Below, piece after piece: positions 34,151 through 44,695 of a stretch of 64,000 bases of DNA. Source of the DNA: Ignavibacteriota bacterium (GTDB lineage Bacteria; Bacteroidota; Ignavibacteria; UBA10030; CAVZMI01); assembly GCA_963776275.1 (NCBI GenBank), contig CAVZMI010000025.1, positions 32,338 to 96,337 on the forward strand. Reading direction: 5' to 3'. A program made the translations under genes and the position numbers. The notes beneath the pieces were generated by a model. It ran no database searches and was not told the DNA's origin. It saw only the letters and a list, made by a program, of their open reading frames with translations. Numbering within the stretch: the stretch's first letter is position 1; every line of letters begins with the position of its first letter.

Positions 34151-35429
34151 CTATTTTTTCTGCTCGCCCCGAGAATGATCTGGCTTCGTGTCCCGTTGAG
34201 TGTTCTGCGGATTGACAGAACGGGATGGTTGTTCCTTTTGTCTGTTGGTATTTGCCGGTTTGACATTCGACGGCTGCGCCGGTTGTACCCTTTGTCTGTT
34301 GGTGTTTACCGGTTTGACATTCGATGGCTGTGCCGGTTGTACCTTTTGTCTGTTGGTATTTACCGGTTTGACATTCGACGGCTGCGCCGGTTGTACCCTT
34401 TGTCTGTTGGTATGTACCGGAGTGACATTAGTCGGCCGTGTCGGTTGTTCCTTTTGTCTGTTGGTATTTACCGGAGTGACATTGGTCGGCTGTGCCGGTT
34501 GTTCCTTTGGTCTGTTGGTTTTTACCGGAGTGACATTGGTCGGCTGTGCCGGTTGTTCCTTTGGTCTATTGGTATTTACCGGAGTGACATTCGGGATTGG
34601 ATTTGCTGCATTTCTTTCCGATGGCCGTTTTACATCTTTCAAATTGACTACTCTGGACGGCGCCGGTCTCCGGCCATTTTCATCGTTCTTTTGTACTTGT
34701 GGCCTGTATATCTGCAGCTGGCCATTTCTCAGATTCTGTCCCGGTTTTTCGTTATCCTGAATAACAACAGGTTGGATCGTTCTCCCTGTAATCTTTTGTA
34801 CATCGGCTCTGTCGGGTCCAGAAACGTACGTAGAGTGCCGGTTTTGATCGGTATACGTTCTATTGATCACCGAAGAATTCTTTATGATCGTATTGTTTTT
34901 AGTTCGGTTGATATAATAATGATTGATGTCGGGCCTTGAAAAATCTCTGTCTCTGACGAATCTCCAGCGGTCATTGGGTACGGTGTATCCACCACCGAAA
35001 GAGATACTAATGCTTATTCCGGGTCTCATCGGCGCCCAGCCGTAATAACCATTCGCTCTTCTCCAACTGACCCACGAAGGGCCCCCATTCATTATCAGGG
35101 ACCCAAAACCAACCATAAAAATCATCGTAATCCCAACGGCCATAATGGAAAGGGGCCCATCCCCAGCTGTAATCGGACACCCATGTCCAGCCATAATTGG
35201 TGAAGATCCAATGCCCATTGCTGGAATAGGGAGCGAAATCCGGTCCGGTTGAGGGGATCCAGACATACCCATAATTGGGATAATCGACCCATTGACCGTA
35301 AGGACTTAATTCATTGTAAAAAACCCCGAAACTCACGCCGCCTTGCTGCGCTGATGCATGGTTAGTAAGTATTGCAGGGGTCAAATTCAATGCAATAAGT
35401 AATGCAAGAAACTTAATAAGTGATTTCAT
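34151..35429 (-). CDS. DUF6600-like exported protein with low-complexity repeat tail; frameshift near 35078
   Basis: FYNELSPYGQW, WGWAPFHYGRW, EWGP/SWVSWR..YYGWAP. Confidence 0.85.
34214..34591 (-). repeat. Seven 54-bp coding tandem repeats (18 aa)
   Basis: NV(T/K)PVNTNR(P/Q)(K/R)(E/V)QPAQP(T/S) x7, last copy partial. Confidence 0.95.
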
Positions 35430-35502
35430 GATAAGTGTATCCCCTCTCTTGTTTTAAAAATGAACTATCGTACATAGCTTCTAAGCATCTCACCATTCTT
35501 GA

Positions 35503-35643
35503 TTCAGAGTGCACGACGTTCCGCTGATGAGCCCCTTACCAGAATTACCACTCTGGCATGTATACGAATGATATGAATGAACCTGCCCATGGCGGAAGTG
35601 ACGAACCCAATAATATCAGAACAACTGCAATAGTGTATAGTAT
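35503..35643 (-). pseudogene. Degenerate lmo0937-family gene
   Basis: ILYTIAVVLILL / GFVTSAMGRFIHII..VVILVR in two frames; start codon lost. Confidence 0.6.
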
Positions 35644-35722
35644 GTGCAATATTTAATCACGCGCTTAGTACTTGCAAAAGGATCACCGCATCAGCCAGCA
35701 GTGATCCATCAGTCTGCTGAGA

Positions 35723-36481
35723 CTACTCAATTGTCATCCGGTTCTTTACGCTCTTCACACCTTTTATATCTCCGGCGAGTTTTGTAACCAGGTCCTTTTC
35801 GGCAACATTCTTAGCCTTGCCGCTCACCGTGACCACACCATGATTCGTCTCGACCGTGGTATTGACGACGCTGGTCGAGCGATGAAGCCACAACGCCATC
35901 TTAACCTGGGCAGTGATTGAGGTGTCATCGATCTTTTCAATCACAGTTCGGTGCGTCTTTTGTGCGTGTTCTGACACTGTCATCTCATTTTTCACGTCTT
36001 TAACCCCATCTATATCCTTTGCATATTCGGTCGTCAATTCTTTTTGTGCCTGGCTGGTGGCATGGCCCCGCAGGGTCACGATGCCATCCTTGACGTCAAT
36101 CTCGGTATTGTCAGCACTCACGCTCCGATGAAATGAGAGTGTGGCTTTCACTTTCTCTTCGAGCCACGCATCCGAGTTTGCGGTGGGGGGTGCAGCTTTA
36201 ATTTCCAGCCTGTTGTCGACGCTTAAAACTCCGGGCAGGGCTGCCACTGTTTCTTTGGCCAATGATTTGTGAAATTCTTCGGAGACAACTCCCGTCAGGG
36301 TAACGGCGCCATTTTTGGACTCAATTTTAATATCATCGCCCTTGAGATAGACCTGGAACACATACGAATTCCTGGCCGATGATACGATACGGTCATCCGT
36401 CTTGGATGCGTGCAGAGGGACGACGATCAGCAACAGCACGGCTACAGCCACCGTAAAAGCACCACGATACATTGCTTTCAT
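35723..36481 (-). CDS. Triple-BON domain protein (OsmY-like)
   Basis: Three repeats of D..I...V...GxVTLxG...GVxxVxN; signal peptide. Confidence 0.92.
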   Translation of the reverse strand: MKAMYRGAFTVAVAVLLLIVVPLHASKTDDRIVSSARNSYVFQVYLKGDDIKIESKNGAVTLTGVVSEEFHKSLAKETVAALPGVLSVDNRLEIKAAPPTANSDAWLEEKVKATLSFHRSVSADNTEIDVKDGIVTLRGHATSQAQKELTTEYAKDIDGVKDVKNEMTVSEHAQKTHRTVIEKIDDTSITAQVKMALWLHRSTSVVNTTVETNHGVVTVSGKAKNVAEKDLVTKLAGDIKGVKSVKNRMTIE

Positions 36482-36617
36482 TGTAATTTCTCCTTTTGTC
36501 ATTTAATTCCTTTATGGTAGATGCTCATCTTCACATATGAGAACGCCGAAATTCAAAATTCCGGCGTTCTCATTAGCGGCTTTATCCGCATTTTCAGATA
36601 CGTCTTTCAATCTATCG

Positions 36618-38510
36618 CTATTTTGCCGGAACGATGTCGATGATGACTGTTCTATTATAACAGCGTTCCTCAGGGAAATCATTTTCGAACGGTGCACTAT
36701 GGACATCTGCACCGAACCCGTATGTTTCAAATGAAACCTTCTGTTTGCCGGCATTTGATACTGAACGTTCGAGAATGTTCTGGACATCGCGGGCTCGATC
36801 TCTGGATAAGCTCAGGTTATGTTCTTCCTCTCCGATGATATCCGTATGACCGTGAATAATAACATTTGCGCCTTCAGGAATCAGCGGTGTTACAACGTCG
36901 ACGAGGAATTTTTCATAGCCACTCGTAGCCTTCGATATGTCGAATCTATACAGAACGCTGAACCGCAACCCCATCTCATCTTTCGGTGTTTCCTTTCGGA
37001 GCAGGGAGAAAGAACCTTCCTTTCTTACCATTTTACCGCTCTTCGTTTGTCCCAACATCACTACATTGTAGTTGCCCTCGGTGCGATCACCAAGGATAGA
37101 TTTTCCCGAAATATGCTCATAATCTCGTGTGAAGGGTCCGAAACGTTGAACGTTTCCTGTCCCATCCTTGAGTTCCAACGACCATGATGAGAGCAACTCA
37201 CTCGCTCCGGTGACGGTGAAAAGAACATAGCTGTCGGGAGGATCATCCTGCACTGAAAAGATTTGCACCGGTTTCAATAGGTCGGGCTGGCGGCTCTCGA
37301 ATTGCACCAACATGTCGGGAGAACTGCTTTCGATATTAACCCGACGATCTTCGGCACGCAGGAGACCAAGTTCCTTTGTACCACCGGGTTGCTCTGAGGG
37401 GATGAGCGGTTTGTCTCGTCCTTCAGTCCCGATCCTCGATCCATCAATTCCAAATACGTTCACAAGATATTGTTTGATCGATTCCGCTAATGCTCGGCCG
37501 TCCTCCGGTTCTTTCTCCGATGCTCCAATCAACGACACTGTCGCCCCCGGATATTTTCTCAGACGATCACCGACGGTGTTCAGGATGTTATGATACGCAT
37601 TCAATTGTCGTCGTGAGCGACCGATCAACTCTTTTGGCTGTGCTTCTTGTAATTGTTCTTCCTTGAAGCTTGCCGCCTGATCTTTTGTCAGCATCACATA
37701 ACGATTCGGAATTGCGGTCGATCCTTCATCGAAAAACACATAGTTGCGAAGCGGGAGTGTTTCCCGTACCTTGCGTTGAACCGGTACGATCTTGGGCGAC
37801 CGAACCGAAAACTGTACATCACGTTCGACTACTGTAACCTCTTTTGCTGGTGCCGAGATTGCAACATTCAGACCTATGCCAATCGTATACCAGGCATCGG
37901 AATGTGTTTTATTTTCGTGTACAAATTGATAATAGTTAAGGTCGTCATTGAACGAGTAATTATATCCACCGGTAATGTCTAATGAGACACGTTGTGATAG
38001 TGGAATTTCGAGCCCGAGACCGATCGGCACATACCCGCCGAATCCGTCCTGGTCAACATGCTCTGTGCCTGATGACGGGGGGTGCAATATATCGGCGGAT
38101 ACTGACCCGAAAACAGCATGATAATACAAAGCCCCGACTCCAATGTAGCCATATGGTTTTACTATTAAGGGTTTCATAATATCGATGGTGAGGGGGTACC
38201 AGTTAACGCGAAAATCCAACGGATAGATATTCGTCCGATAATATTGACGGTTGAAATCGAGTCCCGAAAGAAGCAGAAAGCCTCCGCCGAATTCGCCTTC
38301 CAAATTTCCAGTTATAGAAAAGCGGACAAGACCCCGGCCCTGATACGAGTTCTTCAACCCGTCACTCTCCCAAAATTCGGTGGCCGGAATAACTTCATGA
38401 AACTGCAGGCCGATGCGTGGATACGTATCGGCTACTTGTGCGAATACTGCAGTTCGCGCAGTGATCATACATGCGCAGAGGATGAAGACAATAAATAGTG
38501 TTTTTTTCAT
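36618..38510 (-). CDS. OmpA-family outer membrane protein (N-terminal beta-barrel, OmpA-like C-terminus)
   Basis: Signal peptide, amphipathic strands, PLRNYVFFD, HGHTDIIG...NLSLSRDRA, NRTVIIDI. Confidence 0.85.
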   Translation of the reverse strand: MKKTLFIVFILCACMITARTAVFAQVADTYPRIGLQFHEVIPATEFWESDGLKNSYQGRGLVRFSITGNLEGEFGGGFLLLSGLDFNRQYYRTNIYPLDFRVNWYPLTIDIMKPLIVKPYGYIGVGALYYHAVFGSVSADILHPPSSGTEHVDQDGFGGYVPIGLGLEIPLSQRVSLDITGGYNYSFNDDLNYYQFVHENKTHSDAWYTIGIGLNVAISAPAKEVTVVERDVQFSVRSPKIVPVQRKVRETLPLRNYVFFDEGSTAIPNRYVMLTKDQAASFKEEQLQEAQPKELIGRSRRQLNAYHNILNTVGDRLRKYPGATVSLIGASEKEPEDGRALAESIKQYLVNVFGIDGSRIGTEGRDKPLIPSEQPGGTKELGLLRAEDRRVNIESSSPDMLVQFESRQPDLLKPVQIFSVQDDPPDSYVLFTVTGASELLSSWSLELKDGTGNVQRFGPFTRDYEHISGKSILGDRTEGNYNVVMLGQTKSGKMVRKEGSFSLLRKETPKDEMGLRFSVLYRFDISKATSGYEKFLVDVVTPLIPEGANVIIHGHTDIIGEEEHNLSLSRDRARDVQNILERSVSNAGKQKVSFETYGFGADVHSAPFENDFPEERCYNRTVIIDIVPAK

Positions 38511-38671
38511 TTTTTTTTCCTTCTATTGTAATGGTGGTTGTTTAAAAAATACTTTATCCCGCGGCAATCTAGTTGTGCATGAATCTTCGGCAAGGTTTTT
38601 TTCCATAGTTGTCATTGTGTTGTTGCTTGATGTACATTGATCGATGAAAATATTCAGCCTCTCCATACGAA

Positions 38672-38983
38672 TCATTTTCTTTTCCTTGACGATGCCTTTA
38701 ATTTCATCTGCCGTTTGTCCGGTTTCTTTTTTTTGCTCAATGCTTTATGCAACTTTATCAACTTGCTGTTGGCCTGTTTAAGCTGTTCAACGATAATTTT
38801 ATATTCATCCACGCGGTGTCTGGCTTCATCTTTGGCAATCCCGTATCTCTCTTGAAGCTTTCCAACAAGCTCCCCATATTTGCCCAAGATAGCTGACAGT
38901 TCGTCGTTCATCATTTTACCCCAATGATAAACGGCTTTTCCCCTTTGTTGCTTCCATTGTCCTTCCAGACGATCCCAGTTCAC
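38672..38983 (-). CDS. csbD: CsbD-family stress protein, copy 1
   Basis: MNWDRLEGQWKQ..G..WG...LVGKLQERYGIAKDEA. Confidence 0.85.
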   Translation of the reverse strand: MNWDRLEGQWKQQRGKAVYHWGKMMNDELSAILGKYGELVGKLQERYGIAKDEARHRVDEYKIIVEQLKQANSKLIKLHKALSKKKKPDKRQMKLKASSRKRK

Positions 38984-39178
38984 GTTTCCTGATCCTTTCT
39001 TCAGTTATGTTGCAGAGAGTTTCGAATCCCATCCTTCGAGGGCGTATCAATTGCCTACAAGCAACAAATAAGTGTACTGATGATTTTATCAAATGGGAAT
39101 AGCTCGAAAGTATGAAAAAGTAGTTAATCCTTTTAATGGGGGAATTGTCGTGCAGATCCTCCGAGTTTTCGAACTTCC

Positions 39179-39405
39179 TTAAATATAACCATTGACTGTA
39201 GCAAAATTTAAAAGCTTTTGTTGTAATACCTTTCGGCCCCCGTGTAACCGAGAGCGGACGGTACCTAAAGGGCAAGCGACCATTTTTGCAATTTCAGCAT
39301 ACCTAAGTTCTTCAACCTCACTGAGTAATATGACAGTCCTTAAAATACTCGGTAGCGATTCGATAGATCGAGCAATTTCATCTTCAAATACTTCATCATA
39401 GGGTA
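39179..39405 (-). pseudogene. Region-4 remnant of an ECF sigma factor (not in ORF track)
   Basis: EDEIARSIESLPSILRTVILLSEVEELRYAEIAKMVACPLGTVRSRLHGGRKVLQQKL; no region 2, no start. Confidence 0.8.
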
Positions 39406-39412
39406 GAAATTC

Positions 39413-39650
39413 CTTTCGTGGAAAGAGAGGCTCAGCGAGATCTAATACCGTTCCAATAATATTTTGAAATAATTCTATCTGTTTTTAGTAGTTGGAATCC
39501 CGCTCACCGAGCGGGATGACCTGTTTTTTTATAGGGAATAATAAGTTGGCAGGGCACTAGGAATTTTCTTTGTGGATAAACTTTGCTATCTGTAAACGAG
39601 TGTGCAGCGCTATAATTTCACGTTCGCGTTTCGTCATCCGGACGGCTTTG
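39413..39650. repeat. Module (3' end of LuxR gene plus ~140 bp downstream) present three times: ~39413, ~41839, ~60001
   Basis: Shared TTTCGTGG.AGAGAGGCTC...TTCCAATAATATTTT...GGCAGGGCACTAGGAATTTTC. Confidence 0.9.
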
Positions 39651-39927
39651 GGCAGTTTCCCTTTTCCCTTCTGAAGTGCATGGTCGACAACATGAGTGAA
39701 AAGCGATCCCGTCAGCAGGGGGAGGATTTTTATTCCCCGCGCTACAGCCCGGATGGTTCCGAGGACATCCTCTATTGAAGTTTCAAGATCCGTGCCTGCA
39801 GCAGAGTATCGTGATTTCCTCCGGATGCTGCCACAATTTTGAGATCTACTTGATTGTTGATTATGGCTTTGATACACTCGCGCAATATGCGGTTGTACTC
39901 TATAAGGAGAATTTTGGTCTTTCTCAT
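39557..39927 (-). pseudogene. Internally deleted NarL/LuxR response regulator
   Basis: MRKTKILLIEYNRILREC... and ...KREREII^ALHTRLQ with HTH deleted. Confidence 0.85.
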
Positions 39928-40065
39928 CCAATTGGTCTTTCCAGCGTGCGTAAATGCGGCATTCACCACGCTAGGTCCCAACGGAAAAAATGAAGTTGTG
40001 TCATATTTGGCAACATATTCCAGATATCGACGAGCAATTGTTATTGAAATGTGCGATCTTGGACT

Positions 40066-41697
40066 ATGCAGAGGAGAATCAGAGACAAGAATAGGAATTG
40101 CAGCCGGTCGCCGGGAAGGCTCCGGATCCATGTCGAAGGGAGGGAACAACACCTCCTCGCCATTCTTCTCATTGTTGTTAGCTGCACGGCAGGAATCGTT
40201 TTGTACCATATCGATAGGCATTCTTTTCTCTATTTCGGCGACGCGGCTTCACATATTGTCAAAGCCCGTCAGTTTTTCGACTCGCAGCGTCCGGGCATTC
40301 ACAACATCGGCACGGTCTGGCTTCCCCTCCCGCATCTCATCCTCCTCCCGTTGGTGGCGATAGACGCCCTCTTCTATTCGGGAATTGCTGGACCGCTCGT
40401 TGGCATTCCCTGTCTCGTTGGAACAGGCATCCTGCTTTTTCTGATTGTCCGGAGAATCACGGGTTCGCTCCCTATTGCGTTTCTCAGTGGATGTCTATTT
40501 GGTCTCAATCCCAATATGGTATATATGGCACTCACACCGATGAACGAGCCAATCTTCATGTTTCTTGTCACACTCGGCGGATATGCGCTTCTGCGGTGGC
40601 TTCTGAATGATGGGAAAAACTGGCTTTGTGCATGTGCGGCCGCAGTTGCGCTGGCAAGTCTCTGCCGTTATGAAGCATGGTTTCTCGTGCCGTTTGTGTC
40701 GCTCGTGAGCGGCTTGAAAGGGATATTCCTGTGGCAACGTGCTGAACGAGGAGCCGCCCTCCGGTTACTCATGATCGCCGGGATTTGCTGGGTCGGCGTT
40801 GCATTCTGGGTTTGCTGGAACTATGTCGAATATGGCGATCCGCTCAAATTCGCGCGCTGGACATACTCTATCGCTGCGGGGGCAGCCCAGGGGAACATGC
40901 GCCAGCCCCCCTTGGATGCACTCTTGATCTTCGGCAGGGCGCTTCTGGTTATCTTCGGCCCCGTCGTTCTCCTAACAGCATCGGGAGCATTTGTCCGCTC
41001 ACAGCGCACTACTTCGAATCGGATCCATCCAGTATTGGTGCTTCTGTTCTTGGGTCTGCCGTCAGTCTTCGCGCTTGTTGCGATTCTGGCCGGCTTCGTG
41101 CAGGTCGACCAGTGGAGTTGGAACTGGCGGTATGTTTTGACAGCCAGTCTTTTTCTTGCGGTCGCGGGCGGAATTGGTCTCTCCGAGTTCTGTCGCAGAG
41201 TGCGGTCAACTTTCGCACGCGGCGTAGTAGTGGCCGGCCTTCTCGCCATGCCTCTTGTCCAAATCGCTATTCCTGCTGTGGGCGTTGCCACCTTTAATGA
41301 TGCCCAAAGGAGCATCTCCGACGAAACCAGATTCGCGATGGCTCTCGGTGAACAGCTGCATGGAATCTACACAGAAGGCTCTATCGCACTATTGACCGGA
41401 TACAGCCAGGGGCAAAGGATTAGGATATCGAGCGGATTGCCATTGAAACAATTCCACATCATCTACAATCCTGTCGAGGAAGACATCTTGGGATCGTCAC
41501 TGGATTCTGAGCGTTACATTGTAATCGGAAAGGATCGAACACCCGAATCGGAGCAGTTCGTTAACAACTGGCTTTCCCGAAGGGATGAGTTGCTCCACTA
41601 CTACAACATTTGCCTCGATAATGGTCACTATGTCCTCATGGAGCGCAAGCCCGGCTCCACCTTTCCCGGAATCCAGCGTTCAGGCACGCTCCCGTAA
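40066..41697 (+). CDS. GT-C (ArnT/PMT-like) integral membrane glycosyltransferase
   Basis: YFGDAASH, GTVWLPLPH, NPNMVY, PMNEP, RYEAW; many TM helices. Confidence 0.8.
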   Translation: MQRRIRDKNRNCSRSPGRLRIHVEGREQHLLAILLIVVSCTAGIVLYHIDRHSFLYFGDAASHIVKARQFFDSQRPGIHNIGTVWLPLPHLILLPLVAIDALFYSGIAGPLVGIPCLVGTGILLFLIVRRITGSLPIAFLSGCLFGLNPNMVYMALTPMNEPIFMFLVTLGGYALLRWLLNDGKNWLCACAAAVALASLCRYEAWFLVPFVSLVSGLKGIFLWQRAERGAALRLLMIAGICWVGVAFWVCWNYVEYGDPLKFARWTYSIAAGAAQGNMRQPPLDALLIFGRALLVIFGPVVLLTASGAFVRSQRTTSNRIHPVLVLLFLGLPSVFALVAILAGFVQVDQWSWNWRYVLTASLFLAVAGGIGLSEFCRRVRSTFARGVVVAGLLAMPLVQIAIPAVGVATFNDAQRSISDETRFAMALGEQLHGIYTEGSIALLTGYSQGQRIRISSGLPLKQFHIIYNPVEEDILGSSLDSERYIVIGKDRTPESEQFVNNWLSRRDELLHYYNICLDNGHYVLMERKPGSTFPGIQRSGTLP

Positions 41698-41980
41698 CCC
41701 GTCGATCGCAAACTGAATCCCGATGAAGATGAGCTGAAACATCCGAATCTGCAAAAGCCCTCGAGTCGTTGCACGCCCTGAAAAGCACATCGGCCACGTC
41801 CTTTATAGTGATTGTTTTGCGGTAGTACGGAGATTTTCTTTCGTGGAAAGAGAGGCTCAGCGAGATCTAATGCCGTTCCAATAATATTTTTAAATAATTC
41901 TATCTGTTTTTAGTAGTTGGAATCCCGCTCACCGAGCGGGATGACCTGGTTTTTTATAGGGAATAATAAGTGGCAGGGCA

Positions 41981-42631
41981 CTAGGAATTTTCTTCATGGA
42001 TAAACTTTGCTATCTGTAAACGAGTGTGCAGCGCTAATTTTTCCATGATGTTATGCACATGGCTTTTCACGGTGTGGGTGGCGATACTGAGCTGTTGAGC
42101 TATTTCCTTATTGCTCAGACCGTCCACGATCAGAACTATAATTTCACGTTCGCGTTTCGTCATCCGCACGGCATTGGTTAAATTTCCTTTATTCTTCTTG
42201 AGAGCGTGCTCAATAACATGAGAAAAAAGTGATCCGGTCAGTGAGGGTGGAAGGACGTTTACTCCCTGTGCCACAGATCGTATGGTAGCGAGGAATTCTT
42301 TTACTGTCGCATCTTTCAGAATGAAACCCGATGCCCCTGCCTCCACAAACTCAACAATGTCTGATTGCGACGGGATAAAACCCATTCCTATCACTTTCGC
42401 TTCAGGCATTCTTTTCCTTATCGATTCTACTACCGACGACTCTCTGAAATTTTTCAGACCCATGTCCATAAGAATCACATGAGGTTTTGTCTGGCTTGCT
42501 TTCAGCATAACATTATTACCGCTTCCTATGGTAGCCACCACACGCATATCCGCCTGTCCATTGAGCATAGCTGTGATACCATCGCGCAAAACGCGATTAT
42601 CTTCAATGATGAGTATTCGGTTTTTTGCCAT
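41981..42631 (-). CDS. NarL/LuxR-family response regulator (intact)
   Basis: IIEDN, LMD receiver Asp, GFILK; HTH MTKREREI...SNKEIA..TVKSHVHNI. Confidence 0.93.
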   Translation of the reverse strand: MAKNRILIIEDNRVLRDGITAMLNGQADMRVVATIGSGNNVMLKASQTKPHVILMDMGLKNFRESSVVESIRKRMPEAKVIGMGFIPSQSDIVEFVEAGASGFILKDATVKEFLATIRSVAQGVNVLPPSLTGSLFSHVIEHALKKNKGNLTNAVRMTKREREIIVLIVDGLSNKEIAQQLSIATHTVKSHVHNIMEKLALHTRLQIAKFIHEENS

Positions 42632-42774
42632 AGTCACTCCAACGCATTTAAAATGTGCGAATAACCCGAAAGAACATCAATAAGGTGGACACCTGAAATG
42701 CAGTGGGTAAGATACCTGATGCAAGGAGGGGGCTATGCAGACATTGCTTAGAGTGGAAAAATCTCGTTGTGGGA

Positions 42775-43431
42775 CTACTTCGCTTCGATAATGCGCTTTG
42801 CAATTGCATAACGGGTGAGCCCCGCGACGTCATGAATTTTCAGGACATCCATGATTTTCTGGCGATGCGTTTCGACCGTTTTGATACTGATGAAGAGTTG
42901 CTCTGCGATCTTTTTGTTGGAGTTTCCTTCGGCGATGAGTTGAAGCACTTCCATTTCGCGGGGAGTGAGTCCGGTTTGTTTTCGAGCAGACTTGCCTCCT
43001 TTCACAATCTCGCGATACTCGGAGACAAGGTGTTTTGCGATCGACGGAGAAAGATAGGCGTTGCCGCGGTTCACCTCTTTAATAGCACTGATCAAATCCG
43101 AACCAGTCGTCTGCTTGAGAATGTATCCCAAAGCCCCCGCCTGAAAGACCTCGCGTACATATTCTTCGTCTTTATACATTGAGAGGACAAGGATCTTGAT
43201 TTTCGGGTTGAATTTTCGGATTTGTCGCGTGGCCTGCACTCCGTTAAGAATTGGCATTGAAATGTCAAGGACAACAACGTCCGGAAGATATTTCTTCACC
43301 ATCAGAACAGCATCCCGCCCATTTTCGGCCTCCCCGACGACATCGATAGACTTATCTTCCTGGAGAAGCGATCGAAAACCCTGGCGCACAACGGTATGGT
43401 CGTCAGCGAGGACGACTCTGATTTTTTCCAT
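42775..43431 (-). CDS. NarL/LuxR-family response regulator
   Basis: LADDH, LDISMP, GYILK; LTPREMEVL...TVETHR. Confidence 0.95.
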   Translation of the reverse strand: MEKIRVVLADDHTVVRQGFRSLLQEDKSIDVVGEAENGRDAVLMVKKYLPDVVVLDISMPILNGVQATRQIRKFNPKIKILVLSMYKDEEYVREVFQAGALGYILKQTTGSDLISAIKEVNRGNAYLSPSIAKHLVSEYREIVKGGKSARKQTGLTPREMEVLQLIAEGNSNKKIAEQLFISIKTVETHRQKIMDVLKIHDVAGLTRYAIAKRIIEAK

Positions 43432-44695
43432 TGTGAGACTCTTTCAATTTTGCGGATTGTTCTACCCCTAATGGTAAATGAACATGCACTCTCGTTCCTT
43501 TGCCGGGCCGGGAAAGGATCATAAATCTGCCACCCACCAGGCGAGCACGCTCCCTCATCCCCAGAATACCCAATCCTTGCCCCTTTTCGCGGGTTCCCGA
43601 AATGCCTGGTAACTCAAACCCTTTACCGTTGTCCACAACCTGCAATGTGATCCCTTTTGGGGACTTTCCAATCATGACCTTGGCGTTACGAGTTCCTGAA
43701 TGTTTCAAGACGTTGGTGAGGCTTTCCTGCACAATGCGATACAGTACCGTTTTTTGTTCAATGTTTACTCTTTCGACGCTGGCCGAGAATTTTAGATTGA
43801 CCCGCATGCCTGTGTTCTTCTGAAAGTCACGGACGAAGGAGCGAAGCGCTGGAAGAAGTCCCAGATCTTCAAGCATAACGGGATGAATTTGATGCGAAAA
43901 GTGGTGAATGAAATCCGACGCCTTTTCCACAAGACTCTGGATCGACTGGATCTTTTTTTTCACCTCCGATGGTTTTCCATTTGTTTTCAACTTTTCCAGA
44001 TTCAGGCTAATGGCAGTCAGCACTTGGCCGATTTCATCGTGGATCTCCCTGCTGATACGTGTTCGCTCCTCTTCTTGTACGCGGAGGATTTCTCTTGAAA
44101 GTCTCTGCAGCTCGTCCCGCATGCGCTCTCCCTCCTGAAAGAGCTCCCGGTAGTGTTGTTCGCTCCTTTGCAAAGCTTCTTCGGTTCGTTTAAGGTCAGT
44201 AATATCCGTCATAACCACACAAAAGGCAGTCATTCCTTCTATTTCCAGATTCTTTATTGAGAAAAGAACTGGGACGAGAGAGCGATCGGCCGCTCGAATG
44301 TTAAACTCTTTTCTGCTCGGACCTCCTGCCGATTGACGCAGGGTCGTTCCAAATACTTTCCTTTCGGCGGACTTTATGATGCCTTGAATAGATGAACCGA
44401 GTAATTGTTCAGGCGTAGTCTTCGTCATTTCCGAGAAGCGGCTATTGCAGTACAGAATTGTGCCCTCAGCCGTGAGTGTGAGCGCTGCTTCGTTCAATGC
44501 CTGTATGAGAACACGGTAGGGATGGTCTGCCCCTTTAAGCGTGTAAACCTGCTCGCCGCTTTCGCCGGAGACGACAAGGGCATCGACCTCCCCGGCCCGG
44601 ATAGCTACCAGAGTCTGTTCAGCCTCTGCGAGACGAAACCCAAGGGATTTAATCTCCCGGTCAAGCTCTTGGTACGTTTTTCGTTTTGTTGTCAA
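43403..44695 (-). CDS. PAS sensor histidine kinase (HisKA_3/NarX type), Kai-associated N-terminus
   Basis: AEQTLVAIRAGEVDALVV..., PAS, REIHDEIGQ, ESLTNVLKHS, DNGKGF, GLGILGMRER; probable TTG start overlapping kaiB. Confidence 0.92.
   Translation of the reverse strand: MTTKRKTYQELDREIKSLGFRLAEAEQTLVAIRAGEVDALVVSGESGEQVYTLKGADHPYRVLIQALNEAALTLTAEGTILYCNSRFSEMTKTTPEQLLGSSIQGIIKSAERKVFGTTLRQSAGGPSRKEFNIRAADRSLVPVLFSIKNLEIEGMTAFCVVMTDITDLKRTEEALQRSEQHYRELFQEGERMRDELQRLSREILRVQEEERTRISREIHDEIGQVLTAISLNLEKLKTNGKPSEVKKKIQSIQSLVEKASDFIHHFSHQIHPVMLEDLGLLPALRSFVRDFQKNTGMRVNLKFSASVERVNIEQKTVLYRIVQESLTNVLKHSGTRNAKVMIGKSPKGITLQVVDNGKGFELPGISGTREKGQGLGILGMRERARLVGGRFMILSRPGKGTRVHVHLPLGVEQSAKLKESHNGKNQSRPR

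Noticed and set aside
34214-34591. CRISPR array
   Set aside because: Units are contiguous 54-bp in-frame coding repeats with no unique spacers, and no cas genes are present
34175-34939. Plus-strand Cys/Arg-rich repeat ORFs
   Set aside because: Antisense shadows of the DUF6600 repeat tail
41690-41830. MarC- or LacI-like fragments on the minus strand
   Set aside because: Resemblance is limited to about 10 residues, too short to support
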